Below, piece after piece: positions 11,123 to 21,835 of a DNA stretch of 64,000 nucleotides. The notes below the pieces were generated by a model, which saw nothing but the letters and a program-made list of their open reading frames with translations, was not told the DNA's origin and did no database searches. The DNA comes from an uncultured Poribacteria bacterium (lineage in GTDB: Bacteria > Poribacteria > WGA-4E > WGA-3G). A program made the position numbers and the translations under genes. Each line of letters opens with the position of its first letter. The first letter of the stretch is position 1. The stretch spans positions 4,256,001 to 4,320,000 of the forward strand of contig OX638351.1 of assembly GCA_951813565.1 (NCBI GenBank). The letters are read 5' to 3'.

Positions 11123-11773
11123 ATGCACTTTGAAATACTTGTTGAAGACTTGTCAGGCAAGGCAACACTTGACATTTTAATGCCTAAGATTATTGGAAAA
11201 CAACATACGTGTAGAGTTATTAGTTACCGAGGAATCGGTCATATTCCTAAAGACCTCAAGAGTCACACCGATGCACATAATCGTATTTTGCTTGATCGTT
11301 TGCCTGAACTACTCAAAGGGTACGGAAAGACATATATCAACAATCCTGCCAAATATTCAACAGTGTTGATTGTGGTATGTGATTTAGATGATAAATGTTT
11401 GAAAAAAATTCGTCAAAAACTTCTTGATATGTTAAATGAGTGTAAACCCGAAATAGAAACCCGGTTTTGTATTGCCGTGGAAGAGGGTGAAGCATGGTTT
11501 CTTGGCGATCTCTCCGCTATCAAGAAAGCTTATCCAAAAGCCAAAAACAATATACTTAACCGTTACCAGAACGACTCCATTTGTGACACGTGGGAACTTC
11601 TGGCTGATGCAATATTTGTGGGAGGTTCAAGTAAATTAAAAATAAGAGGGGGGCAGGCTGTTGGTAGGGAAAAATCAACATGGGCAGAGAAAATAACTCC
11701 ATATATGGATGTCAGTAAAAACAAGTCAAAAAGTTTCTGTTATTTTCGTGATAAAATCCGAGAACTAATCTGA
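11123..11773 (+). CDS. DUF4276-like protein (TOPRIM-like motifs)
   Basis: ILVED, VCDLD, EGEAWFLGD and SKSFCYF motifs; 3 bp downstream of the ATPase. Confidence 0.75.
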   Translation: MHFEILVEDLSGKATLDILMPKIIGKQHTCRVISYRGIGHIPKDLKSHTDAHNRILLDRLPELLKGYGKTYINNPAKYSTVLIVVCDLDDKCLKKIRQKLLDMLNECKPEIETRFCIAVEEGEAWFLGDLSAIKKAYPKAKNNILNRYQNDSICDTWELLADAIFVGGSSKLKIRGGQAVGREKSTWAEKITPYMDVSKNKSKSFCYFRDKIRELI

Positions 11774-11950
11774 ATATCCTCATTAAACTCTCAATTGATT
11801 GAAAGTGAATTGACGGTAAAGTTCAATCCTTACCCTTTTTCTTGAAAAAAGAAATTTACCATATTCTTAACAAATTCTTGAGAAAACAAGAACAACGGTG
11901 AAGAGGGAAAGATTTAGCTGAGCTGGTTATGGATAGCATCCTACCTTTAG

Positions 11951-12190
11951 TTAGGCGAAGGTATAGTTTTGCAATTCTAACTCTGAAGGAAAAATTGTTA
12001 AAGGGTTTGCTGTGCCTGAAGCAATATGGAATGTATCCTCCAGTCTTACTCCGCCTGTTCCAGGGACAGAAAGAACTGGGTGTCCGACGGTTACAGTCAT
12101 TCCCTCACGAATTTGAATGCCGGAATCGCCAGGGTGGATTGTAGGCGCTGGTGTCTCCTCAAAACTTAAACCGATGCTATGACTTATACC
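11951..12190 (-). pseudogene. C-terminal remnant of an M24 (Xaa-Pro peptidase-like) protein
   Basis: Manual translation GISHSIGLSFEETPAP...REGMTVTVGHP...GGVRLEDTFHI...*; no start codon, truncated at a MITE end. Confidence 0.75.
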
Positions 12191-12278
12191 AAATTAACGA
12201 GAATTGCATTGTTTTCATTGCCGATGGTAAGGGCGGGCACAGAGACCCGCCCCTACGATTTAGGGTAATTTGGTATAA
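12184..12278. mobile_element. MITE with TATACCAAATTA ends carrying a REP-like hairpin
   Basis: 13-bp perfect inverted repeat ttataccaaatta / taatttggtataa; internal gggcgggcacagagacccgcccctac. Confidence 0.7.
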
Positions 12279-12402
12279 CATCATATAGCACATATTCAAA
12301 TATGTCAAATTTTCGACCTGTTTTACTTTGCACACCCTATTGCAATATCCCCTCAAATATGCTAAACTATTGAATACCGTTTATGTAAATGAAGGAGAGA
12401 GA

Positions 12403-13422
12403 ATGAAAACAACAGTTAGTATTGTAGACGATGCATTTTATATTAATGAGGAAATCACCTATCAGGGACGATCCTACGAAGGCAACAAGATTGAAGGTTT
12501 GCTGCTTAACAGTCGCATGGTGCAAGGCATTTTTGATGATCGGAACTCGGAAACTATACACCGATGGGAATATCCGGACACAGGCAAATGGGATACCGAA
12601 CGTAACACACGTGAATTTTTAGCTGCGATGCCAACATGGCGTGCACACGGCGTGCTGGCATTCACTATTAACCTGCAAGGTGGCAGTCCTGAAGGCTATT
12701 CTAAATCTCAACCTTGGCACAATTCTGGGATAGAAGCGGATGGAAGCCTAAACACAGATTATCTTTCACGACTCCAAAGAATAATTGATTTTGCGGATGA
12801 ACTTGGAATGGTTGTTATTCTCGGCTATTTCTATTTTGGGCAAGACCATCGACTCACCGATGAAGATGCAGTAATTCGTGCTACGGCCAACGCTACCCAA
12901 TGGCTCTTTGATAACGGCTATACTAACGTTATTGTTGAGGTTAACAATGAATGCAACGTAAGATATTCCCATGAGATTCTACAACCACAAAGGGTTCATG
13001 AACTAATTGAGCGGGTAAAATCTACAACGCAAAACGGAAGGAAATATCTGGTTGGGACAAGTTATGGCGGTGGTCGCGTGCCGTTAGAAAATGTTGTTCG
13101 CGCCTCAGATTTTCTGCTTGTTCACGGTAACGGAGTCAAGGACCCGAACCGAATCGTTGAAATGGTACAACAGACGCGCAAAGTGCCAGGATATCGTCCA
13201 ATGCCGATCCTATTTAACGAAGATGACCACTTCGATTTTGACAAACCATTTAATAACTGCATCGCTGCTATCAGTCAATACGCTTCATGGGGCTATTTTG
13301 ATCCGGGTGAAAATGACTACCATCACGGATACCAATCTGTACCTGTGCAATGGCAGATTAACACACCAAGAAAACGTGGCTTTTTTCAATTAATAAGCAA
13401 GATCACAGGACATAACGCTTAG
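12403..13422 (+). CDS. putative glycoside hydrolase (clan A-like TIM barrel)
   Basis: ADELGMVV, EVNNE acid/base-like motif, ILFNED; AAGGAG RBS. Confidence 0.55.
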   Translation: MKTTVSIVDDAFYINEEITYQGRSYEGNKIEGLLLNSRMVQGIFDDRNSETIHRWEYPDTGKWDTERNTREFLAAMPTWRAHGVLAFTINLQGGSPEGYSKSQPWHNSGIEADGSLNTDYLSRLQRIIDFADELGMVVILGYFYFGQDHRLTDEDAVIRATANATQWLFDNGYTNVIVEVNNECNVRYSHEILQPQRVHELIERVKSTTQNGRKYLVGTSYGGGRVPLENVVRASDFLLVHGNGVKDPNRIVEMVQQTRKVPGYRPMPILFNEDDHFDFDKPFNNCIAAISQYASWGYFDPGENDYHHGYQSVPVQWQINTPRKRGFFQLISKITGHNA

Positions 13423-13437
13423 AAAGGAATACTAAGA

Positions 13438-14205
13438 ATGCCAGAAGGAATTCAACCGTACCATTTTGCCATTGCAATTGGTGTTATTATTTTGATCGCG
13501 ACAAGTGTCCGAATTCTCAAAGAATACGAACGCGCTGTTATCTTCCGATTAGGACGACTCACAGGCACACGCGGTCCTGGTCTCGTGCTGATGATACCGT
13601 TCTGGATTGAACGGATGCAACGTATTAGTCTAAGGGCTATCGTCAATGATGTAACCCCACAAGATGTAATTACAAAAGACAATGTATCCGTTAGTGTCAA
13701 CGCAGTACTGATGTTCAGAGTAATCGAAGCAGATAAGGCAGTTATTGAGGTAGAAGACTTCGGATTTGCAATTGGTCAGATCGCACAAACAACACTCCGA
13801 AGTGTGCTTGGACGCGCAGAACTTGACGACCTATTATCTGACCGAGACAAACTAAATCAGGATTTAGAGGAAATTATTAAAAAGCAGTGTGAACCGTGGG
13901 GAGTTGAAGTACAAGCAATGGAAATTAAGCACGTTGACCTACCAGTAGAAATGCAACGGGCAATGGCAAAACAAGCAGAAGCGGAACGGGAACGAAGAGC
14001 AAAAGTAGTGCATGCTGAAGGTGAATTTGAATCTGCAGATATCCTAACCAACGCCGCTGAAATCCTGAGTAAAACACCTACCTCTATACAATTACGATTT
14101 CTACAGGCATTGGTAGAAGTGAGCGCGGAGAAAAATTCAACTGTCATCTTCCCAATTCCGATTGATTTATTGACCCCATTTCTGAATAAGGAGGAGAATG
14201 AATAA
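13438..14205 (+). CDS. SPFH/stomatin (slipin) family protein
   Basis: [33 protein letters not shown]. Confidence 0.93.
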   Translation: MPEGIQPYHFAIAIGVIILIATSVRILKEYERAVIFRLGRLTGTRGPGLVLMIPFWIERMQRISLRAIVNDVTPQDVITKDNVSVSVNAVLMFRVIEADKAVIEVEDFGFAIGQIAQTTLRSVLGRAELDDLLSDRDKLNQDLEEIIKKQCEPWGVEVQAMEIKHVDLPVEMQRAMAKQAEAERERRAKVVHAEGEFESADILTNAAEILSKTPTSIQLRFLQALVEVSAEKNSTVIFPIPIDLLTPFLNKEENE

Positions 14206-14226
14206 GAAAAAGATATAATGCTTTAA

Positions 14227-15282
14227 CTACCAGTCCTCATCAAAGAAAGGCGTACTGGGGTAGTTGTAAACATTACCCTCATAGTTTCGGAGTTGGATTT
14301 CATCGTCATCAAAAGCGACAACTGGATCAGGCATTAATGCTATTTTACCGCCGCCGCCTGGCGCATCAATCACATAGTGCGGTACACCCAGTCCAGAAAT
14401 ATGTCCACGTAACGAAGCGACAATATCTAATCCCGTTTTAACTGCTGTCCGGAAATGGTCTGTGCCAACTACAAGGTCAGCTTGATAGATGTAATACGGC
14501 TTGACACGAATCCGCAATAACGCCTTCATCAGTTCTACCATCACCGCTGGATCGTCATTCACACCTTTGAGCAACACTGTCTGGTTGCCGAGTGGAATTC
14601 CCGCATCAGCTAACATACCGCATGCTTTTTCCGTTTCAGGTGTAATTTCACGAGGATGGTTGAAATGTGTGTTGATATAAAAAGGGTGGTATCGTTTTAG
14701 AATTGTGCACAACTCAGGGGTAATTCGTTGTGGCAATGTTACCGGCACTCGTGAACCTATTCGGATGATCTCCAAATGTTCTATAGCACGCAATCCACCT
14801 ACGATCATCTCAATTTTCTTATCTGTCAACATTAGTGGGTCACCACCAGAAATAATAACATCTCGAATCTCTGGGTGAGATTGAATATAAGCAAGTCCGG
14901 TCTCAATATTATTTTCTGAAATGGAATGCGGGTCACCGACCTTCCGTTTGCGAGTGCAAAAACGGCAATAAATAGGACACATATAATTGACATAAAAGAG
15001 GGCACGGTCAGGGTATCGGTGCGTGACATTTGGCACTTCACTATCGTCTTCTTCGTGAAGCGGGTCCTCTACACCTGTGCTGATTAACTCACGGGTATCT
15101 GGGACTACTTGTTTCCAAATAGGATCCCCCGGTTTTTCTATAAGACTGAGATAATAAGGGTTGATGCGGATCGGAAATTCTTTGTGGATGCGCCGCATCT
15201 CTTCTACGTCAACGTCAAATACAGCCGCGAGTTTTTCTGGTGTGTTAACAGTATCTCTAACAAGTTGTTTCCATTCTTCCAT
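14227..15282 (-). CDS. kamA: KamA family radical SAM protein (lysine 2,3-aminomutase-like)
   Basis: HRYPDR, CPIYCRFC, SGGDPL, HFNHP, NQTVLLKGVND, PGGGGK (PLP lysine). Confidence 0.85.
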   Translation of the reverse strand: MEEWKQLVRDTVNTPEKLAAVFDVDVEEMRRIHKEFPIRINPYYLSLIEKPGDPIWKQVVPDTRELISTGVEDPLHEEDDSEVPNVTHRYPDRALFYVNYMCPIYCRFCTRKRKVGDPHSISENNIETGLAYIQSHPEIRDVIISGGDPLMLTDKKIEMIVGGLRAIEHLEIIRIGSRVPVTLPQRITPELCTILKRYHPFYINTHFNHPREITPETEKACGMLADAGIPLGNQTVLLKGVNDDPAVMVELMKALLRIRVKPYYIYQADLVVGTDHFRTAVKTGLDIVASLRGHISGLGVPHYVIDAPGGGGKIALMPDPVVAFDDDEIQLRNYEGNVYNYPSTPFFDEDW

Positions 15283-15566
15283 ATATGCGATCCTCTAACA
15301 AATATAATTGATACGCTTACTGGGATACTTTCAGGAGAAAGTTAAATTATTACGTTTCCTTTATCTGTTTTAAGCGTTACAAATAAGTAACTGAGTAATT
15401 TTTACCAAAATTTTTTAAACAATAAGAAAAATAAACCGTTTCTCTACATAAACGAATTCATGATACATTTATTTAAGCCAGAAGTCAAGGGAAATATTGG
15501 CAGTTAGGTGTGTAAATATTTGGTTACATAGGTTCAATTTGCAATGATTACGCGGCGTTTTCCACT

Positions 15567-16284
15567 GTAGGGCGGGGTCCCGGGGAATGCCAAAAGGCAT
15601 TCATACCGTTGATTTGGTGCCCCATAGGCGTCAATTTAAGAAATAACGCGTTTGTAGTTGCGCAATTCATTGCCAAATCAACGCCAAATACGCTTATGGT
15701 ATTTGGCGCCTCGGACATTCTGTAGGAGCGACCTCCTGGTCGCGACCCGACAAATACCATACGGGAATGCCATAAAGGCATTCATACCGTTGATTTGGCG
15801 TTGATTCGAGGTCGTGCCTACAAGAAGAAAATGTGAATCATTGGCCATGCAACAAGCAATCAGGCACTAAATTGACAGTTATGGGCTGGGTCGCTGTGCC
15901 CCGCCCCATAGGTGTAAACTTAAGGATTTTAACCTCTGTTTTTCTGTTTCAGCCCGCCAAATGCGTTATGCACGTTTGGCGTTGATTTGGACATGGTAGT
16001 AGGCACGCGCCGCGTGCCGTCCACAAGTGAATAGATTACGGCGGACGGAGTATGCCTACTACTTTGCATTGCACATCTTTTCTTAAGTTGACACTATGTG
16101 TCTCCTGTGTTTAACCCAATAGGTGTAAACTTAAGGATACACCTTCTTGTGGGAGGGGTTTTCAACCCCGATTTACTTGGTTGAATCTCGAAAATCGGTC
16201 GGACAAGGTCTCCCTCCCACAAGAGAAAATCCAGCATTTTTTTCTTAAGTTTACACCTATGGGGTCGCTGTGCCCCGCCCCTAC
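15567..16284. repeat. mosaic of REP-like palindromes, three CATAGG...TTAAG MITE units and 34-bp micro-elements
   Basis: MITE units at 15623-15883, 15907-16098 and 16118-16261; micro-elements at 15582, 15674, 15763 and 15956. Confidence 0.85.
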
Positions 16285-16519
16285 AATAGGAGTTGTGCGG
16301 ATTTCTACAAAAACTTTACACACCCTAAAGAGGGTTTCCGTTTTGTGCGTTATGTCTTGATTTGGTAACATAAACAGTGAACCAATTTCTTATATCGACT
16401 CCCGTTTGAAAAAATTGTCCAAAGTTTAGTAACATTTAAAAATCTTGTAAAATAACAATTAATGTAATATAGTTAAACATTATGGGAAATTGTGGAAAAG
16501 AGGTATTCATAACGTTACC

Positions 16520-16549
16520 TTGACATTCTTTAGTTTAATGTGTTACTCT
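16520..16549 (+). promoter_or_regulatory. candidate sigma70 promoter for disA
   Basis: TTGACA-18 bp-TACTCT with extended -10 TG. Confidence 0.45.
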
Positions 16550-16566
16550 TATTTTAACAGTGGGAG

Positions 16567-17682
16567 GTGAGAGTCGTGCTCAAAATTCCAACCGAAAATC
16601 AGAAGGAACGTGAACTCGTCGCCACCTTGAAACTACTATCCCCGGGCACTTCTCTACGAGAAGGTATTGATTATATTATCCAAGCCAAGACGGGGGGATT
16701 GATAGTTGTTGGGGATACGCCCGAAATCCTAAATTTGACGGAAAGTGGCTTTCGGATTAATTGCCCGTATACACCGACACGCCTATCCGAGTTAGCAAAA
16801 ATGGATGGTGCTATTATCCTTTCATCGGATATGAAACGGATAGTGCGTGCTAATGTCACTTTAATGTCAAACACATCTGTTGTCTCAAATGAAACTGGAT
16901 TACGCCATCGTGCAGCAGAAAAATTTGCTAAGGAAACTGGGCATATATTAATTGCTATTTCAAGGCGTCGAAATACACTTACACTATACACGAGAAATCA
17001 GCGTTATATTTTTCGTGAACGTCCAGTTCTGATCTCCGGTGCCAACCAAACCATGCTTGCACTAACCCAATACGTTAAAACCATGCAGCATGTTGTTGCC
17101 ACACTAAACTGGGCAGAACTAAACGGGACAGTAACTTTATCTAATGTAATTATGGCTATTCAAGTCTGTGAACGGGTTAGACGAACAGAACACGAATTAA
17201 ACCGATACCGGATCGAATTAGGCACAGAAGCACAATCCCTTCAACTCATCCCATCAGCATTATTAACAGAAATTGAAAGAGCTTTGCTCATCATTAAAGA
17301 TTATTATAGAGAGGAAGAAAGAGACGAATATCAAGCATTTGAACATATTCTTGGACTTAGCGCGACTGACTTAGCTGCAGAGAGTAGTATAAGTGAAGCA
17401 CTTGGCTATCCACGGGATTTTAACGACTATGTAGAAATATTAGCACCGCGCGGGTATCGAATGCTAAGCCAAATACCGCGTATTCCGATGAGTATAGTTG
17501 AAAATATCGTCCAAAACTTCAAAACGTTAGATGCAATCATCACATCAAACATTGGTGCGCTCCAAAACATTAAAGGTGTTGGAAAAACGCGCGCAACAGC
17601 AATTAAAGAGGCGCTTGTTCAAATGAAAACAGGAACATCACAACCGCAGGTTTTAGCATTACCTATTTTTGATTGGGATTAA
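16567..17682 (+). CDS. disA: DNA integrity scanning diadenylate cyclase DisA
   Basis: PGTSLREG, DGA and RHR catalytic motifs, PRGYR linker, C-terminal HhH (IKGVGKTRA). Confidence 0.92.
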   Translation: MRVVLKIPTENQKERELVATLKLLSPGTSLREGIDYIIQAKTGGLIVVGDTPEILNLTESGFRINCPYTPTRLSELAKMDGAIILSSDMKRIVRANVTLMSNTSVVSNETGLRHRAAEKFAKETGHILIAISRRRNTLTLYTRNQRYIFRERPVLISGANQTMLALTQYVKTMQHVVATLNWAELNGTVTLSNVIMAIQVCERVRRTEHELNRYRIELGTEAQSLQLIPSALLTEIERALLIIKDYYREEERDEYQAFEHILGLSATDLAAESSISEALGYPRDFNDYVEILAPRGYRMLSQIPRIPMSIVENIVQNFKTLDAIITSNIGALQNIKGVGKTRATAIKEALVQMKTGTSQPQVLALPIFDWD

Positions 17683-17786
17683 AAAGGGGAGTCTTAATTT
17701 TGAGGGCATAGAATATACCTGCGTGATTAACAACAGTAGACATAAATATCATTCAAATTTGAAATTTATAGGATAGGAGTTTAATT

Positions 17787-19130
17787 ATGAAACAATTTCA
17801 TGTTACTTTAGAGCGGAAAATGTTATTAAAACGTTATCAGTTATTCAGTAGGGTTCTTTTTTCTTGTTTGTTCATTTTTCCGATTTTTCTTGCCGCATGT
17901 GGCGCAAAACTCGGAACAATTCAACAGCAAGATGTTGACACACAACTAACCCAAGCAGAAAAGGCGATCAAATCAGCTCGTGAAGTAAATGCGCCTTCCC
18001 TTGCTTTTGAGGAGTTTGAGCAAGCAGAAACCTATCTCGAAAAAGCAAGAGAAGCATTGGACGAAAACAATGGGGTTGACGCACTTCGATTTGCTACCCA
18101 AACTATCACTCATGCGAAAATTGCCCAGCGAAAAGCAGTGCATAACACAAAAAATGCTGAATTAAACGCTAACATCTTAGAAAAAGATGCCCTCATTGTT
18201 GAACTTAGAAAAGATATTAATACGAAAAAAACTGAAATTACAGGCTTAGAAAATGGAATCCAGCAACTTCGTGAGAATGAAACGGGACTCCAACGAACTA
18301 TTCGCACACTTGAAAATGAAAAACGTGAGCTGGCGGATACTGGCAAAATCAGTGAGCGAAAAGCTACTGAGCTTAATGAGGTACTGAAATCGCTTCAAGC
18401 AAGAGTCGCGCGTTCTGAAACAGATGTCCATAATTACGGCTTGCAAGTGAAGGAACTCTCTCGGAAGCTTGAAGTTGCTGAAACGATGGCTAAATCGGCA
18501 AGTAAACAAAAACGCGCTGTAGTCGCTGAGGCTGAATCTCTCAGAAAACAGTTACGGGAACAAGCTAAGGTTTACACTGGTATGTTGGAAAAAGCCAAGA
18601 AGCAGAATATCGCAGCTGAACATCAGGAATATATGAAAAAGACAGCAGAGCAATCACGCGAATTCTCGAAACAACTGCCAAGTAACAAATCCCCACGCAC
18701 CCGTCGGACATCGCTTTCTACTGCACAAATTAATGCTGGAAAAGCAGTGCTTAGTAAATGGGAAAAAGAATGGAATAGCAAAAATGTTGATACACATCTT
18801 GCGTTCTACATCCCAAATTTTACTGTCAAAAAAATTCTTGTTCAAGAAAGCAAAGAAAATGAGAGCATCATTGACCCCAGTCAAATTGCGGCTGCCTTTC
18901 GTGAGATGAACGCACAATCTTGGGGAAAAAAAGAGAGTTTTTCTGAAGTAGAACAAGAAAGTGTCATCGGAACTTATAGTTTCAGTCGATTAGTTACGCC
19001 GGCTCAAACAGAGGATGATACCGCTTTATACGATTACTGGACCAGAGAAGTATGGTGCCATCAGGTTCAAGGTGAATGGAAAATTTATCGAGAAACTTGG
19101 CAAATTTATGAAAATATTCCCGAACTGTAA
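17787..19130 (+). CDS. lipoprotein with DUF4398-like helical domain, long coiled coil and NTF2-like C-terminal domain
   Basis: Lipobox LAAC; heptad-rich middle; W..EW...N....L.FY ... WKIYRE C-terminus. Confidence 0.6.
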   Translation: MKQFHVTLERKMLLKRYQLFSRVLFSCLFIFPIFLAACGAKLGTIQQQDVDTQLTQAEKAIKSAREVNAPSLAFEEFEQAETYLEKAREALDENNGVDALRFATQTITHAKIAQRKAVHNTKNAELNANILEKDALIVELRKDINTKKTEITGLENGIQQLRENETGLQRTIRTLENEKRELADTGKISERKATELNEVLKSLQARVARSETDVHNYGLQVKELSRKLEVAETMAKSASKQKRAVVAEAESLRKQLREQAKVYTGMLEKAKKQNIAAEHQEYMKKTAEQSREFSKQLPSNKSPRTRRTSLSTAQINAGKAVLSKWEKEWNSKNVDTHLAFYIPNFTVKKILVQESKENESIIDPSQIAAAFREMNAQSWGKKESFSEVEQESVIGTYSFSRLVTPAQTEDDTALYDYWTREVWCHQVQGEWKIYRETWQIYENIPEL

Positions 19131-19136
19131 GGAGGT

Positions 19137-20564
19137 TTGCAGATGAACAATTTTCCAAACGCTACACAGAACACTTCTAAAATTACTTTGCCAGATTCCC
19201 TTAAATGGGGAGGAATCGTAGTTTTAATTGCTATTTTCGCTATAGGAGGCTTCCTACTCACGCGTTCCAGTGAAACGCCAGCCGGATTTTTAGCGAAATG
19301 GAAGAATGCGATTGAATCCGGGAATCTTACAGATTACCGTGCTCTCTGGTCAAAAAATGATAGAGATCGGCTTAATTCAGATTATGAGGACACCGCTCAG
19401 CTTTTTGAAGATGAAATCCAAATTGAAGTCAATATTGCTAATGCTGTAGATAAAACACGTAAGAATCCTCAAAATCCAAATTACTTGAGCATTGAAGAAA
19501 TCCCTATCCTTGTGCATACCGATGGCGAGCCAGTGATTCAATTAAGAACGCTTACTATTGCCAAAACAGGACTCATTCGACAACGCTGGAAACTCATTAG
19601 AGATGAAGTCGTAAATCAAGAATTTGGTTCTGATCTCTCCGCATTTGAGGTGGTAAGTTCGGAAATTTCAGTTGCAAACGGAACGCAATCTAACAGTCCT
19701 GTTGCCCCGTTAGTTATAGAGTGGAAAAAAGCGCTTGAGTCTCAAGATGAAAAGAAGTACATCTCACTTTGGGATAAATCATCTCGACAAAAGCGAAAAA
19801 CTAATTTTCAACTTGCTCGCCTGCAGCTCTCCCAAGAGGCGGATGTTGATTTAAGCCAAGCGACCTATTCCCTTGTTGCACACTCAAAAACTCGACACGT
19901 AGTTGACAATATAAGTGTTACAATCCGTAGCGGTAGCACAATCATAGAAACACAATCCCGTACGCTAACGATTGAGAAGAAAGGTTTCTTTTTTAGACGC
20001 TGGAAGCTTATTAATGATGCGGTCGGAGGCGATGGTATTACAGATCAGCCTATTTCCCAACACGACCAACCGGATGTTGACGCTATGTCAGAAGAAGCCG
20101 CCTCAGGTATCTACAACGGTGATGCGCCAATTGATACACAACTCAAAGTAAGCCAGATTCTCGGTAAATGGCAGAGATCATGGGAAGAGAAAGACCTTGA
20201 TACCTATATGTCTATCTATGCCGAAAGAGCGCTCATCACCCGCGTCACCGTGCGAGATGGAAAGGAGACACCTATCTATTTGAGAAAAAAACAACTCCGA
20301 CAGAAAATGAAGCAGTTAAATCAACGTTACTCCGATATTCAGGTTAAGATATCTAATCTGGAGATTAACGGGGATCGGGCTGTCGCTGACACTACATTTT
20401 TGCAAGAATTCAAGGGGACACCTGCATCGGGCAGTCGTCCAGCATATTCCGATTTTGGTACCAAAAAATTGATCCTAATGATTGATCCTGCTGATGGATA
20501 TTGGAAAATATATGCCGAAACGTGGAGTCGTTACGAGGATGTTCCTAAATATCCCCAAAACTAA
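19137..20564 (+). CDS. membrane-anchored protein with three NTF2-like repeats
   Basis: One N-terminal TM; three units WKNAIE..RWKLIRD, WKKALE..RWKLIND and WQRSWE..YWKIYAE. Confidence 0.6.
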   Translation: MQMNNFPNATQNTSKITLPDSLKWGGIVVLIAIFAIGGFLLTRSSETPAGFLAKWKNAIESGNLTDYRALWSKNDRDRLNSDYEDTAQLFEDEIQIEVNIANAVDKTRKNPQNPNYLSIEEIPILVHTDGEPVIQLRTLTIAKTGLIRQRWKLIRDEVVNQEFGSDLSAFEVVSSEISVANGTQSNSPVAPLVIEWKKALESQDEKKYISLWDKSSRQKRKTNFQLARLQLSQEADVDLSQATYSLVAHSKTRHVVDNISVTIRSGSTIIETQSRTLTIEKKGFFFRRWKLINDAVGGDGITDQPISQHDQPDVDAMSEEAASGIYNGDAPIDTQLKVSQILGKWQRSWEEKDLDTYMSIYAERALITRVTVRDGKETPIYLRKKQLRQKMKQLNQRYSDIQVKISNLEINGDRAVADTTFLQEFKGTPASGSRPAYSDFGTKKLILMIDPADGYWKIYAETWSRYEDVPKYPQN

Positions 20565-20641
20565 AATCTATTTAACAATGAATTAGATGGTAGAAACGGA
20601 TATTTGCTATTCCCGGTAGGAACAATGTCTAATCAACACAA

Positions 20642-21055
20642 ATGCACACTGAATACCGAACCAAACGAAAGATAGAATTTGCCGATACGGATATGGCAGG
20701 TATCGTCCATTTTTCGCGATTTTTTATCTTCATGGAGGCTGCAGAACACGAATTTCTACGCAGTTTAGGAACCACTGTCGCCACTGAATGGAATGGAGAT
20801 AAAATTGGGTGGCCTCGACTTACCGCCTCCTGTGAATATCTTAGCCCACTACGATTTGAAGATGAAGTGGACATCCGACTTTGGGTGTCTAAAAAAGGGA
20901 CAAAGTCACTCACATATCAATTTCACTTTACCCACGAAGGTAAAGATATTGCGCGCGGACAACTCACGACAGTCTGTTGTATTACAAATCCGGGTGAAAA
21001 AATACGCGCCATTCCCATCCCTGAGTTCATCATTTCACAAATTGTCGTACAGTAA
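20642..21055 (+). CDS. acyl-CoA thioesterase (4HBT hot-dog family)
   Basis: FADTDMAGIVHFSRF motif. Confidence 0.9.
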   Translation: MHTEYRTKRKIEFADTDMAGIVHFSRFFIFMEAAEHEFLRSLGTTVATEWNGDKIGWPRLTASCEYLSPLRFEDEVDIRLWVSKKGTKSLTYQFHFTHEGKDIARGQLTTVCCITNPGEKIRAIPIPEFIISQIVVQ

Positions 21056-21116
21056 TATTCGTCCGTGTCTTGTGCTGTAGTGCCAAAATCCCATCTAAAA
21101 TCGCCTTCCAAAAAAT

Positions 21117-21830
21117 ATGAAAGAAACTACAGATAAAACACATCAGCTTAAAATTTCAAACCTGTCTAAAGACTTTGGAGACATTCAGGTTTTACGAGAT
21201 ATTTCATTCAGCTTCAGTTCAGGAACGTCAGTGGCTATTACTGGTCCTTCCGGGTCTGGCAAAAGCACACTCTTGCACATCATTGGCACCTTAGAAAATC
21301 CTTCAGACGGACAAGTTGAGATTAACGGCACTGACCCCTTTAAACTTTCTGAACCCGAACTCGCACGCTATCGGAATGCTGTAATTGGGTTTGTGTTCCA
21401 AGATCATCATCTCCTTCCACAATATTCTGTGCTTGAAAATGTACTCATCCCAACACTTGCCTTTGAACAAGAGGCTGATGCGCCACAACTCGCGCAAGAA
21501 ATCATCAGACGTGTAGGGCTGACTGATCGCATTTCACATCGTCCTGCGGAACTTTCTGGTGGTGAACGTCAAAGAGTTGCAATCGCCCGCGCCCTCATCA
21601 ACAAACCGAGTATTCTTCTCTGCGATGAACCAACTGGCAACCTTGATACAACCACTGCTGGGACCATATCGAATCTGCTTTTTGAACTGCACCGTGTAGA
21701 ACGAAACATCTTAATCGTTGTAACGCACAACCTTGAATTTGCTGGCAGGTTTGAAAACCGTCTTAAACTTACTGATGGTGTGTGCACTTTAGAAACGGTG
21801 AGTGGTGAACAATCTGAAAAAAATGATTGA
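21117..21830 (+). CDS. ABC transporter ATP-binding protein (LolD/MacB-like)
   Basis: GPSGSGKS, LSGGERQR, DEPTGNLD. Confidence 0.93.
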   Translation: MKETTDKTHQLKISNLSKDFGDIQVLRDISFSFSSGTSVAITGPSGSGKSTLLHIIGTLENPSDGQVEINGTDPFKLSEPELARYRNAVIGFVFQDHHLLPQYSVLENVLIPTLAFEQEADAPQLAQEIIRRVGLTDRISHRPAELSGGERQRVAIARALINKPSILLCDEPTGNLDTTTAGTISNLLFELHRVERNILIVVTHNLEFAGRFENRLKLTDGVCTLETVSGEQSEKND

Positions 21831-21835
21831 TATGA

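Noticed and set aside
15582..15616. Integron attC sites as the identity of the micro-elements
   Set aside because: Too short, GTTGATT does not fit GTTRRRY, and there are no gene cassettes or integrase
15548..16371. Short ORFs within the repeat mosaics (also 4690-5090, 39760-40697 and 53007-53241)
   Set aside because: They are translations of palindromic repeats with no RBS or protein features
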